Assembly: GCF_006345805.1 (NCBI RefSeq)
Contig: NC_043009.1
Span: 24,614,001 to 24,678,000 of the forward strand
Direction of reading: 5' to 3'
DNA: 64,000 bases
Source of the DNA: Octopus sinensis
Lineage: Eukaryota
In this document: in pieces, positions 38,333-51,870 of the stretch
Layout: each line of letters starts with the position of its first letter
How positions within the stretch are numbered: the stretch's first letter is position 1
Translations under genes and position numbers: made by a program
Notes under the pieces: model-generated
Databases searched by the model: none
What the model saw: only the letters and a program-made list of their open reading frames with translations
What the model was told of the DNA's origin: nothing

Positions 38333-38994
38333 CAAATAAAGAAGTATGCACATTTAAAATCAAGGAAGAATATAGAAAAGGAAATTTCAAAAGTGGCGAA
38401 TATTGTTCGATATGAGAAAAAAAAACATCATTTTCTTACAATAGCTTTATCTGTTGTCTCTTATCTTTTTTTGTTTCTGTCAAAATCCGGGCCAAATCCA
38501 AAACCAGGATTCTTTTAGGGAGCCGAACCAAAAAAATAAAGTAAATAAAACAGAGGTTAATAAAAAGAAAAATCTATTATGTTAATAGAAGGAAGACCGT
38601 CGAGGACCGCTGGAAGGATGCTTGAGGGCCGCATTAGGCGAAGTTCTGTAGACAGGGAGGAAAGTGAAAGCTAATTTCATATGAGGCGTATGAAAGATCG
38701 AGTGGCACAGAGGGTATGAAAGATCGAGTGGTACAGAACTGATAACATAAAACTAGGTGGATGGGAGGGAGGACTAAGCATCTTAGATATTGTCCTTCAC
38801 GCGTCTGTCCATCAATCGGAGGTGAAAGGAAATTTTAGTTCTCTAGTTGTTCTATTTTTTAGCTGGAGACTTTCATCAAACTAAAAATATGATTCAACTT
38901 ATAAAAGTAAAAAAATAAATGAAAATAAGCTGGAATGGTTGTTAGGAAGTTGAATATAATGAATAAATGAAGTGTTTATATTGCTGTGTGGAAA

Positions 38995-39405
38995 TGCGGC
39001 CAGCTGGCAGAAACGTTAGCACGCCGGGCGAAATGCGTAGCCGTATTTTGTCTGCCGTTACGTTCTGAGTTCAAATTCCGTCGAGGTCGACTTTGCCTTT
39101 CATCCTTTCGGGATCGATAAATTAAGTACCAGTTACGCACTGGGTCGATGTAATCGACTTGATCCGTTTGTCTGTCCTTGTTTGTCCTCTCTGTGTGTAG
39201 CCCCTTGTGGGTAGTAAAGAAATAGGTATTTCGTCTGCCGTTACGTTCTGGGCTCAAATTCTGCTGAGGTCGACATTGCCTTTCATCCTTTCGGGGTCGA
39301 TAAATTAAGTACCATTTACGCACTGGGTCGATATAATCGACTTAATCCCTTTATCTGTCCTTGTTTGTCCCCTCTATGTTTAGCCTCTTGTGGGCAGTAA
39401 AGAAA
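38995..39405 (+). mobile_element. SINE B head-to-tail dimer (second unit lacks the A-box head)
   Basis: Full copy followed by ggtatttcgtctgccg.. at 39225, with a second tail ending at 39405; period 183. Confidence 0.9.
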
Positions 39406-39670
39406 TATATATTGTTGTGTAGAAAACATGAAATGTTAGAAATATCTGGTTGGATGATTTCACATGCCACCGGGGTCGACCATCAGTTTCATACTTTCAG
39501 ACTCGATAAACTAAGTACCAGTTGAACACTGGGGTCGATATAATCAACTTAGTTCCTTCCCTGAAATTGCTGGCCTTGTGCCAAAATTTGAACTCAAAAT
39601 CTGGTTGGATAATAGGTTCCTTGCTGCATTGTCCACTCACTCAGACGAATCCTAATTTCTTGCATAATAG

Positions 39671-40130
39671 CATTATAGCCTACCTGTTTACATTATAGTC
39701 TACTAGCTTATATTATAGCCTAATTGCTTATAATATAGACTAGCTGCTTGCTGCATAGTCTACTTGCATTCATTATAGCCTAATTGCTTATAGTATAGAC
39801 TATTAACTTGAAGTACAGCCTACTTGCTTACATTAGATCATAATTGTATGTGTTATATCTTAGTTGCTTATCTCAGCCTACGTCCTTGCATTGTAGCCTA
39901 TCTGATTGCAGTATAGATAACCTGCTTGCAGTATAACCTGCGCGTTTGCATTGGTGTCTACTAGCATCCATTATAGCCAACTTGCTGGGGGCATAACATA
40001 CTTGTTTGCTGTATAAGTCTACTTGTTTGCTGTATAGTCTATTTGTTAGCATTATAGCCAACATCGCCTTCTTACAACATGACAATCTAGCTAGCAGCAT
40101 AACCTGCTTACATAGAATATCACCTAGCAG
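39671..40130. repeat. Degenerate 20-bp minisatellite (consensus ~cattatagcctacttgctta)
   Basis: The first ten units read at an exact 20-bp period (cattatagcctacctgttta, cattatagtctactagctta, tattatagcctaattgctta ...); more decayed distally. Confidence 0.85.
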
Positions 40131-42039
40131 CTTCCAGTGTGTGTGTATATGTTCATATGTTTCTCTGAAGCTTTAAATTTGCTGAACTGGTCTTCTGATT
40201 GAAACTGGAACTTCTGTAATGAAACATAAATTTATAGTTTCTGTGAGAAGACACTCAAGTTCTTGAGATCCATAAGGGATGGTGCGATGCTCATACCTTT
40301 CTGAAAAGAAGTGGTTTTAGATGAGACTCAAATTGAGGTGTTACAACATAACCACATATATTAATATGCTATTAATCCGTTGTATGGTAGTGAGCTGGTA
40401 GAATCATTACCGCGCCGAGCAAAATCTCTTTTAGTATTTCATCCGTCGTTACTTTCTGATTTCAAGTTTCGCCGAAGTCGACTTTGCCATTTACCATCGG
40501 GGGTGGGGTCGATAAAATGAGTACCATTTGAAGACTTGGATCGACGTAACCGAGTTAACTGTCTCCACGAAATTGCTGGCTTTACGCCAAAATTTGAAAT
40601 CAGTATTAATTATTATAATTTTTTTTCGTTTCAGAGGGACAGTCATCTACCTATGCCCGATCGACATTATTTGAATTCCAGCATTGTTAAAATACAGGTA
40701 TTTCATCAACGATTTACTTTACACACTAATTTTAAATGTTAACACCTCTTTTGTGTATTTGATAAAACTAATATGTTCCCTTATTTAGAGTTAAAGTAGA
40801 ATCAATATAATTTTATCTCTCTGGACTGAAACCAATATCTGCAATCCGTCAGTGACGTCACGATAAATATTTCAGTTAAATCATTTTTCTTCTGCTACTT
40901 CCAGTTTTGAATGCACGTATTTTTAAGCCACGTTTTCACTAATTTCGTAAGTTCATAAAACCTAACTATACTGACATTTCGCTTGCCGAGATTGACCAAG
41001 CATTTTGCACGTATGTTCGCAGATCATGGTAAGAGTTCGAAGCATACTGACAGTGAACAATACAGGAAAATTTTCTGCCTCCATACCACTGACGTTCATG
41101 ATGAAAGAAAAATGACCTCCGTCTTGAGCCAGTAGTGCGTGTCCGCCAGCGTTGTTCCTAGAATACAAAAGCCAAAACTGATAACGCAAGGAATTCACAA
41201 ACCAGCATACACATCCTGTTCTTACATCTGCTTCAAATTACGGCACAAGGCTCGCAATTTACGGGTGGGATTAGTTAATTACATTGACATCCAATGTTCA
41301 ATTGCTACTTTCTCTGTAAAGATGAAAAGCATAGTCAACCTCGGTAGGATTTGAGCTCAGTAGATAAAGACAGACAATATGACGGTAAGCATTTTAACCG
41401 GCATGCTAAAGATTCTGCCAGCTTGCCGCCTTACTGTATATTCCTATATCAAGGCATATAAGAATATAGATTGTTCTTATGAGAAGGCGGATGTTCTTAT
41501 ATCAAGGCATAGAGGATGTATATTCACATTAGGATCAGAAGATGCTAGGAATCTAAAGCGTTTGGCATTAATATCATAAATCATTGAATGATCATTTCAC
41601 TCACATGCTTCCATACTTTCGTATTGGAAACGCAGATCATATTACAGCCGATCACGCAAGCAGATTTCAACACCAAAATGTGCAGAGTTGGACATAGAAA
41701 AATACTGTGATATATTAATCACATCACATTCTCCAGCCTGTAGCTTACATGTATTAACACACATTTCAATCTATAGTTGACTAATGCTTTCAAATATTCC
41801 GTCAACCAATCACCAAGTTTACATATAATCCCTTCTAAATAATAAGTGACATTTTTCACTAGTCTTTCAGATTTGTTCTCTTTCTTCTATCGCTGAGGTA
41901 GTCTCTTTCCTTCTTGCATTCCCTCTTCCCCCCCTCTCTCTCTCTCTTTTCTTCTTTTCATTGGGCAAGAATAATGGCCTCTAATTTAGGCACAAATGCA
42001 GCAGTTTCGAAGGTGAGTATTTTATTTTATCGATTCTGA

Positions 42040-42510
42040 AAACATTAAAGGCAAGGTTAACCTACGTAGGGTTTGAACTCAGAAGGCAAAGAAACAAAAC
42101 CAATGCTGCAATGATCTAATTTTTTACCGAATGCCCCCACAAATACACCATCTCGTCCTTAGTAATTTTGAAACAAAGACACCAGTATGTCACTGATATT
42201 TTAGCCAACTCGAAACGATGAAAGGCATAACTGACCTACACCGTGTTTGAATTCAGAAGATAAAGAAACAAAACCAATGCTGCAAAGATCTAATTTTTTA
42301 CCGAAGACCGTGACAAATACACCACCATGTCGTTAGCAATTTTGGCACAATGACATTAATATGTCACTGATATTTTAGCCAACTTGAAAGGAGGAAAGGC
42401 AAATATAACCCGAGTGAAATTTGATCTCAGAAAATGAAGAAGCAGAGGCAAATTCATAAGGCATTTTCCCTGGTTATTCTACCGATTCTGCCAGCTCACT
42501 GTTTTCTATA
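42040..42510 (-). repeat. 173-bp tandem duplication of a SINE B derivative
   Basis: aaagaaacaaaaccaatgctgca..gatctaattttttaccgaa and tatgtcactgatattttagccaact each recur at offset 173. Confidence 0.75.
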
Positions 42511-43169
42511 ATCTAAAAATAATGGCCTCCGACGTACCACCATCCCAATGGTTTTAAAGAAGTTCGTATTTTGTTAAATCGATCTTATTATTTGACTGAT
42601 CTTTCTCGACAGGGAAAAGGCCAAACCGACTTTTGTGTGAACCGAACTTCTAACGTAAAGAAATACAACTAAATAGCAAAGCATTTTATCTGGTGCTTTA
42701 ATTCCTCTTTCATTTTTTCTTTTCAGATATAGCATTAATAATTCCACAATAAGCACATTTTTTTAATAATGTAAATTCTACAAAAAGGATTGAAATCAAT
42801 ACGATAAATGATTGATTCCAATTTGAAACAAAACGATTTATCTGCTAAACTCAAAGACTTAAAACCATATTTCTTCCTAATATAGGCACGTGATCGAAAG
42901 TATTGGGTGATGAAGGTGTGTCTGATCAAAACAATTCCTGTTACGGGTATAGTCTTTTAAGTGGGGTGGAGGACAGCTCATTAAATCAACCCCAGTACTT
43001 CATTAGCACTTACATTTTATCGACCGCAAAAGGTTGAAAGGCGAACTCCAACACAGTAAGGTTTTGAAGTCAGAAATTAAAGGTACATAAATAGACGTCA
43101 CAATATAATTTTTCCGTTGCTCTCACGATTTTGTTAATCTTCGATTTTATTGAGTAGTACGTATGTTAC

Positions 43170-43400
43170 GATCACAGCTATAACTGCCTTTAAGTAGGTT
43201 ACGACCACGAGGGTCCAGTTGATCCGATCAGCAGAAGAACCTCAACGTGAAATTAACGGACAAGCACTCTACAGACGTGTACCCTTAACATAGTTCTCAG
43301 GGATGTTCAGCGTGACATAAAAAGCGACAAGGCTGCCCCTTTGAACTCACGAACTTACGATCTTGAGCCGAATGCCCTATCCACTGGGTCATGAACATTA
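43170..43400 (-). mobile_element. SINE family D, internally deleted
   Basis: ccagttgatccgatc..aaattaacg..cagcgtgac..caaggctgcccctttga..gaactcacgaac. Confidence 0.7.
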
Positions 43401-43499
43401 TTTTACAATTAAGGAATGATCGAAACACAAAGTTCATTCGACAGCGGCTGATCTTAAACTCAGAAATTAAAGGGACATAACTTGATGCAGTTTATATTT

Positions 43500-44868
43500 C
43501 TGAGCCGAACAATTACTATTGGTGAGACTGGTCATCTCGTCTTGATTGTTGATGATGACGATGTTGAGGGTAAAGATTAATTTGGTGGTACTGCTGGCGA
43601 TGCCGACGACGCCAGCGATAATGATGATGACAACGACGGTTACAATGATGATGATGATGATCGTGGGGGTGGTGGTGGTGTTGGTGATTATGTGGATGGA
43701 AACGACGACGAGGACGATGATGATCATGATCATGGTGGTGGTGATGATGACACGACGACGATAATGATGATGAAGACGGTGGTGGTGTTGGTAAAGATGA
43801 CGACGACGACGACAATGATGATGGTGGTGGTGTCGGTGATGTTGATGATGATGACGACGACGACAATGAGAATGACAATGATGGTAGTGGTGGTGGTACA
43901 GTGTCGGTTGTTGGTGACATGATGACAATCAAGAACGCGACGACGATGATGATGATGACGAAAGCGACGACGGCGTCGAAGGTGACGACGATAGCGATAA
44001 CGATGACAATAAGAAATAAAGGGACAGGGAGTGGGGATACGAGGTTGTGGAATAGCAGAAGGCGGTGGGAATGGAGTGGAGTTGAAGTGGTCCGACAATA
44101 ATGTGTTGATGATGAAAGACATGAAGTCGATGGCATTTCTAACGATTTTGGCGAAGTCGATGATCGTTATTCATAATCACAATAACAACGAAAATGACGA
44201 TAATTATGTTGTTGCGGCTGCCGCACTGCTGCTGCGCCGCCACCATTACCGTCACTTCTGCCATCGCTGTAGCTGCTGCTGAAGACGACTATTGACGCCG
44301 ATATTCATGACGTTGGCGTTAATGATTATGTAGATGACAGTGATTTTGCCACTTGTAATGAAGTGGATGATGTTTGTTGAGACGACGACGACGAGACTGA
44401 AGTAAATAAGGTTGATGTTAAGGATTTTATTTATTAATATTAATTAGTCAGTGAGGTAAGACTGTAATGGTGGTGGTGGTAGTGGTGGATAAGATTAATT
44501 AGTAATCTTTTCTTCTCAAAGCAAAAGGCCCGAAATTTTGGGGGAGGGAGCCAGTCAGTTAGATCAACCTCAGTACGCAACTGGTACTTAATTTATCGAC
44601 CCCGAAAGGATGAAAGGCAGAGTCGACCTCGGCCGGAATTTGAACTCAGAACGTAGTGACGGGCGAAATACGGCTAAGAATTTCGTCCGGCGTGTTAACG
44701 TTTCTGTCAGTTCGACACCTTGATTAGCAATGGTTAAGAAATTGGTACATGGGGGACGATAGCGAAGTTAAGGAAGAAGACTGAAAATACGGAGGCGGTG
44801 GAACGAGTGGAGATTTGTGTGGAGACTAGGAGAATATAAAACTGGTTAGAAGAGGGAAGAGGGAAATA

Positions 44869-44942
<74 letters not shown>

Positions 44943-45346
44943 AATGATGATGACGAGGATGATGATGAGGAAGATGTTGAAAGCTGATAATGATGATAAT
45001 GTTGATGTTGAATGATGATGATGATAATGATGATAAGGAGGATAAGGAGGAAGAGTAGGAGAAGGAGGAGGTAGAAGAGAAATGTCGATGATGATGATGA
45101 CGATGATGACGACATTGATTATGAAGATGATGATGATATTGGTGGTATTGGTACTGGTGATGATGATGATGATAGTGAGAAGGAAGAAGTGGAAGAGAAG
45201 GAGGTAGATCAGTCAGAGACGCGGGTGCGTGGGGGGGGGCGAGCAGGTGGGGATATTTGCCAATTGTGACGATGATGCCGATAATGGGGACGGTGAAAAT
45301 GATGATGAGGATGAAAAGGAAGGAGAGGTAGAAGTGGTATATGTAA

Positions 45347-45378
<32 letters not shown>

Positions 45379-45474
45379 GGAAGTGGAGGAGGAAGAGGAA
45401 GTAATGAGTTAGTGTACATGTCGGGAAAATAAGGATGACGATGCTAGTGGTGATGTTGATGATGATGATGATGG

Positions 45475-45506
<32 letters not shown>

Positions 45507-45631
45507 GTGGTGGTGATGATGATGATGATAATGCTGCTGCTGATGATGATGATGATGATAATGCTGGTGATGATGCTGCTGGTGATTGTGATGCTGATGA
45601 TGACGCTGGTGATGATGATGATGATGATGAT

Positions 45632-45663
<32 letters not shown>

Positions 45664-45709
45664 CTGATGATGATGATGATGATGGTGATGATGAAGATGA
45701 TGCTGGTGT

Positions 45710-45744
<35 letters not shown>

Positions 45745-45890
45745 GTGGTGATGATGATGCTGGTGATTGCGATGCTGACGACGATGCTGGTGATGCTGCT
45801 GCTGCTGATAATGGAGATGCTGATGGTGGTGATGGTGGTGACGACGACGACAATGACGGCAACGACGTCGCCGATGATATATGATAAAAT
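43500..45890. repeat. Cryptic (GAT/GAC/GGT)n low-complexity region containing a SINE B at 44520-44721(-)
   Basis: Directly visible; the poly-D/M/H/S ORFs are frame artefacts. Confidence 0.9.
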
Positions 45891-46002
45891 TAGCCGAGAT
45901 TGTACTTTATAGAGTACTCATACCATGCGGCTAAAACGGCTGCCGTTGCAACTGATACTTTTGCAAATGCTATTATAGCTGCTGCCACTACTGCTGCTGC
46001 TG

Positions 46003-46068
<66 letters not shown>

Positions 46069-46764
46069 TCATAATTAATTAACGTTGAAAAACCAAACAA
46101 TACTATTACAGTTGTACCGGAAAAAATATTCCAGCAAACAGGATAATTCTGAATATGACAATAATCTTAAAGTAGAAATAATTGAAGAATAAAAACCTCG
46201 ACGAGAACTTCTTATAGGTGAACGAAAGATTCTCACAACGATTAAAAATTTACGTCAAAATACACTAAAATAGCAACATTTGAAAGTACAAGGCTATATG
46301 TGTCCACAGTAGATTTAAAGATGTCAGATGCTGACACCAGTAGTATCTAGATAAACTAAATAATGAATACGTAATTATGTTAATGTAGTTGTTTTGTAAG
46401 ATTCCGGATGAGAAGTCCTGTGTTGAAACGTGTATTTTTGTATGTCAGGGTGGTCACGTTTTGCTGGGGGACAAATAAACGCACCCACTATATATTCGTT
46501 CCTCATTTCTTATTTTTGTATCTTTTGTTTTATGTGTCATTTACGCCATTCTCAGCAAGAATGCACTAAACAGAACGGGAAAAGACACGTGGAACGAAGA
46601 GTCACTGAAGAGGTTACAGGGTGTTTCGAAAGATTTCCATATTATTATTAATATTCTTCTTCATCTTCTTCTTCTTCTTCTTCTTCTTCTTCTTCTTCTC
46701 TCTTCTTCTTCTTCTTCTCTTCTTCTTCTTCTCTTCTTCTTCTTCTTCTTCTTCTTCTTCTTCT

Positions 46765-46795
<31 letters not shown>

Positions 46796-46801
46796 TTATT
46801 A

Positions 46802-46832
<31 letters not shown>

Positions 46833-46961
46833 GTTGCTATTATTATTAATATTATTATATTATATTATTATTATTATATTATTATTATTATTATTAATAT
46901 TATTATTATTATTATTATATTATTATTATTATTATTATTATTTATTATTATTATTATACCA

Positions 46962-47394
46962 AGTGAGAGAGCAGTGCATACCATCAAAGTGACACTGGGG
47001 TAAAATATACGAAGTCCAGTATACCTATTATGACTACCCGTCTGATAAGGGTACACCAGGCACATGCATCACAACCATATGTGCGCGACATGGTGATCTC
47101 AAATCAAGATCAATAGCGCATGACCTTGCAAGTGGGGCCCAGTTAGAATTTCTTTCTGGTCGAGTAACCCATCCCGCTCAAAAGGTCCCTGATTAAGCAT
47201 TGTTTAAGGATGTTGAACGAACCACCAATGTTTCCAAAGGTGAATTATCCAAACCTCTAAGAATTCCTTTCAACACACGGCTATGATACTCCCCCACTAA
47301 TTCTGCTCGTGATCAGAGGTGCACATGTCGTCAGCCATTAAGGGTCAACTGGTCAACTGGTTAAGGTCAAACAACTGACCAGCAAATCTGTGGT
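46962..47394 (-). mobile_element. ~550-bp element, copy 2 (5'-truncated)
   Basis: Reverse complement of the family; lacks the first ~115 bp; (ATT)n on both sides. Confidence 0.9.
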
Positions 47395-47430
47395 TATTGT
47401 TATTATCATTATTATTATTATTATTATTTA

Positions 47431-47467
<37 letters not shown>

Positions 47468-47975
47468 GAGTGAGAGAGCAGTTCATGCCATCAAAGTGAC
47501 ACTGGGGTAATATATACGAAGACCAATATACCCATCATGACTACCCGTCTGATAAGGGTACACCAGGCACATGTATCACAACCATATGTGCGCGACATGG
47601 TGATCTCATATCAAGGTAAACAGCGCATGACCTTGCATGTGGGGCTCAGTTAGAATTTTCTTCAGGTCGAGTAGCCCATCCCGCTCAAAAGGTCCCTGAA
47701 TATGGGTTGTTTAAGGATGTTGAAACAACCACCCTTGTTTCCAGAGCTGAATAATTCAAACCCCAAAGAATCCCTCTCAACACATGGCTATGATGCTCCC
47801 CCACTACTTCTGCTCGGTTAAGGTCAAACAACTGACAAGCAAATCTGTGGCATTGAGCAGAATATTTGCTGTAGCCCATCATTTATACCAAGACAAGACA
47901 ATGTACATGATGACACTTCCAATCAGTTAAGATCAGAAGCCATGAGAGCCACTGCCTGGTACTGCATCAGGGCAT
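47468..47975 (-). mobile_element. ~550-bp element, copy 3 (both ends present, ~45-bp internal deletion)
   Basis: gagtgagagagcag...ggtactgcatcagggcat between (ATT)n tracts. Confidence 0.9.
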
Positions 47976-47991
47976 TTTATTATTATTATTA

Positions 47992-48027
<36 letters not shown>

Positions 48028-48147
48028 CATCATCATCATCATCATCATTATTATCATTATTATTATTTTTATTCTGCTTCCCACTTCTCCCCCTCTTTTT
48101 CCTCATCATCATAATCTCCACCAACACCACCAACACCACCAACACCA

Positions 48148-48705
48148 GGCAGTGAGGTGTTAGTGAGGTGTTAGAATGCCGTGCGATATCCATAGCTGTA
48201 TTTCGCCCGTCCCTACGTTCTGAATTCATATTCTGCCGATGTCAACTTTGCCTTTCATCCTCTAGGTGTCGATAGATCAAATACCAGTTGCGTAGTGGGG
48301 TCGACCTAATCGAGTGTCCCCACTCTCCAAAAGTTTCGGGCTTTGTGCCTTGAGTAGAAAAGAACATTTCTGCTTGAATATACCGTAGTACGCTTGGAAT
48401 AGTGGTCAGAATACTTCGCTCTCGACCGAAAGGTCGTGAGTTCGATTCGCGACGCATTGTGTGCCCTAGCAGCCCACTATATTCCCCTATGCTCGAGTCC
48501 TCTCAGCTGGCAAAAAGGAATTGTATCTGTATTTCATAACGGCCGTGCTCCTCTCCTTGAGTGTCACGTTAATTTTCACCCAGAACTACGTTAACGGTAC
48601 ATGTCTCTGCTGAGTGCTCAGCCGTTTGCACTTCAATTTTAGGAAAACACTGTTCCATTGATAGCATCAGCTAGATCACTTGTCATCGTCGCAACCGAAG
48701 GTGCA
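48148..48705 (+). mobile_element. SINE B (48148-48367) followed by SINE D (48388-48705)
   Basis: Family motifs; the D head has tggaatagtggtcag and gagttcgattc boxes. Confidence 0.75.
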
Positions 48706-48922
48706 CAAGGTCGTGCCTCAGTACGTACCGAGTTTTCGTCTATTGCAGCTACTATAATTGCTACCTATAATTATTATTTATTGTTATATTTTGGGATGGT
48801 CTCTTTTGTTTGCCAAAAAAACACTCACATAATTTATTTAATACAGTTCTATATTTAAGAGATGACGAATTATGTACATTATTTACATTTGACGGATATT
48901 TGTCCTCATTTTGTTTGTTATT

Positions 48923-48968
48923 AACACAACGTTTCGGTTGATATGGCCACCTGCCTTCATCAGGTGTC
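48923..48968 (-). ncRNA. Minimal type I hammerhead ribozyme motif (Penelope-like)
   Basis: Minus strand gacac-CTGATGA-a-ggcaggtggccatatcaacc-GAAAC GTT-gtgtt: stem I gacac/gtgtt, intact core, self-complementary AACGTT stem III, GUU cleavage triplet. Stem II is partly mutated. Confidence 0.65.
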
Positions 48969-49054
48969 TTGGGGAAATTTCGAACCTGGGTTCTCATTCC
49001 TAAGGTATTTTTCGATGTTACCGCAAGATTCCGAGTTCGATTCCATGCAGTGCT

Positions 49055-49101
<47 letters not shown>

Positions 49102-49118
49102 TGATGATGATGATGATG

Positions 49119-49150
<32 letters not shown>

Positions 49151-49166
49151 AATAATAATAATAATG

Positions 49167-49237
<71 letters not shown>

Positions 49238-49239
49238 TA

Positions 49240-49734
49240 CCCTGATGCAGTACCGGGCACTGGCTCTCATAGCTTTTAATCTCAACTGAATTGAAGTGTT
49301 ATCATGTACATTGCTTTGTCTTGGTATAAAAGATGGGCTACAGCAAATATTCTGCTCACTACCACAGATTTGCTTGTCAGTTGTTTGATCTTAACCAGTT
49401 GACCATGCCCATTAGCGGCTGACGATATATGCATCTCTGATCACAAGGAGAAGTCGTCGGGTGCATCATAGCCATGTGTTGAGAGAAATACTTTGGGATT
49501 TCGATAATTCACCTGTGGAAACCTGGGTGTTTCGTTCATAATCCTTAATGAGGGACAATTTGAATGGGATGGGATACCCAATCAAATTTCTAATAGGGTT
49601 CCACCTTCAAGATCATTCGCTGTTTATCTTTATATAAGATCACTCTGGTTGTGATACATATGCCTGGTGCATCAGACGGGCGTCGTATATTTTACTCCAA
49701 TGTTATTTTGATGGCATGTGCTGCTCTCTCATTC
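49240..49734 (+). mobile_element. ~550-bp element, copy 4
   Basis: Starts cctgatgcagtacc after (AAT)n and ends ctctctcattc before (AAT)n; more diverged, with a deletion near the 3' end. Confidence 0.85.
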
Positions 49735-49857
49735 AATTAAAAATAATAAAGATAATAATAATAATAATAATAATATAATAATAATAATAATAATAAAAAA
49801 ATAATAATAATTATAATAATGATGATGATAATAATAATAATGATGATGATGATAATA

Positions 49858-49915
<58 letters not shown>

Positions 49916-49942
49916 CAACAACAACAACAACAATAATAATGA

Positions 49943-50290
49943 TATGACAATATATCTTTAAAAGAAACGGAGAAGCTTTCAAAATGCAAAGATCTGGAAA
50001 TAGAGGTAACTCGAATGTGGGGCCTAAAAACAGAATCAATTCCTATGATAGTAGATGTGTAGGTTGTGATTAAAAAAAATAGTCAGCAAAAAAGTAACAA
50101 AAACAGCAGGGCTTACAAATGTATCTGACATACAAAAAATAAGACTACTAAGAACCGCGTACATCCTACGTAAACCCCTTTCCATACAGTGAAAGTAAGA
50201 GCACCACAACAAACTACAGCACGTACCCAAGGCACACATAGCTGCATTCAATGATGCAGTGGAAAGCACGTGATAACAATAAGACTACCG
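49943..50290 (+). mobile_element. 5'-truncated, diverged copy of the R4/Dong LINE 3' end
   Basis: Aligns with 1441-1777 (aaaagaaa..gaagctttcaaaat.caaaga.ctggaaatagaggtaac; cacatcctacg; tacccaaggcacac; actac.g|aataat). Confidence 0.85.
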
Positions 50291-50552
50291 AATAATAATA
50301 AAAGCATTTCTGCTCTGAATTTCTTGCAATGCACCCCATTTGTTTTCTTTGTTTCCTGATTTTCATTTTGCATTTTCCCCTTTTTGTCTCTGCCTTTCTG
50401 TCTTTCTCCCCACCCCCTTTTTTTCTCTATTTCATGACTTTGTAAATGAACAATCTGGTGTCTTTATTTTGACAGTCTACCAATGTATGCAGTGAGTTGC
50501 TCTGGACTAGGTATGGGGAAGACACACGGCAAGAAATGGGAATGGAATCGAA

Positions 50553-50598
<46 letters not shown>

Positions 50599-50746
50599 TG
50601 ATAATAATAATAATAATGGATCCAGTGGCCAGCAATGTTTGCAAGAGGTCGGTAATTCAATTACATCAGCCCCTGTGCTTCAATTGTGTGTATGTGTGTG
50701 TAGGTGTGTGTGGTGTGCATATATATACATACATACCCATGTGTGT

Positions 50747-50781
<35 letters not shown>

Positions 50782-51599
50782 TATAGTATGGTGTGTGTGG
50801 TGTGTGTGCGTGTATATATACATGCATACATACACACACACACAGATATATATTATTTATATTGTGTATTAAACATGATGAACATCAAGTTAATAACGAA
50901 TTATATAGATTTTGATATGCATACTTCTACACACACACAGACAGACACACACACAAACATATACACACATGCACACACAAAATTAAACAAATGAATAAAT
51001 AAATAACGGCAGACGATGTCGAGAGACGAGGGACAAAGAAGATGAAGAATTGGCCTCCTTGTTATTTTTCATTGCTAGTGTTTACTGTCCAGGTCACATA
51101 TAAAGAATCGTCTTGTCACTATCAACAGAATTGATGTTTTAGCAAGATGCCTCAGCTATCAACTTCAATTAAAATGCGATATATCATAAGTTGAAGCGAA
51201 TACGACAGTTTTTAGAATCAAACCCAACTTGATCCAATTTAAGCAAAAGAAGGGCATAACCAATGTCTACAAGAATTAGGAAATATACTATCGGTATCTT
51301 CACTCCTGTGGATTGAGAATTTTCCTACGCTAAATTGCCTATTCTTTTCAATATTGCTGTTTCTTCTAAACGTCAGCAAAGTTGTACGAACGTATCGTGT
51401 ATCACGTATCATGGAACAACCGATATATCGTAGTATGTCGAATCGGTATGTTCGTATACGTTATTACTATATAATTGTTTGTCGTAGACGTGTGTGTATC
51501 ACAGCGTATTACATGAATATGTAAACACACTCTCACACATAAACATGTGTGCATGAGAGAGAGAGAGAGAGAGCGTATGTCTGTCTGAATGTGTTTGTG

Positions 51600-51669
<70 letters not shown>

Positions 51670-51822
51670 AGCACGTGTGTCTGTATAAGTGTGAGAGAAG
51701 GAAAGCGAGAATACATTTGTGCCTCGATGCACATAGCAATACAAACACAATATCATGACACATAATATTAAATGTGAAAAACTCCACATATTACACTACC
51801 GACTTGTATATATTATATATAT

Positions 51823-51864
<42 letters not shown>

Positions 51865-51870
51865 ATATAT

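Noticed and set aside
40635-40697. 63-nt candidate exon between ttttcgtttcag and gtattt
   Set aside because: Weak donor and unremarkable peptide; adjacent to a decayed SINE.
43467-45912. Long His-, Asp-, Ser- and Met-rich ORFs (up to 217 aa), superficially like acidic biomineralisation proteins
   Set aside because: All frames on both strands are homopolymeric translations of GAT/GAC/GGT repeats; there are no splice signals or complex domains, and a SINE interrupts the region.
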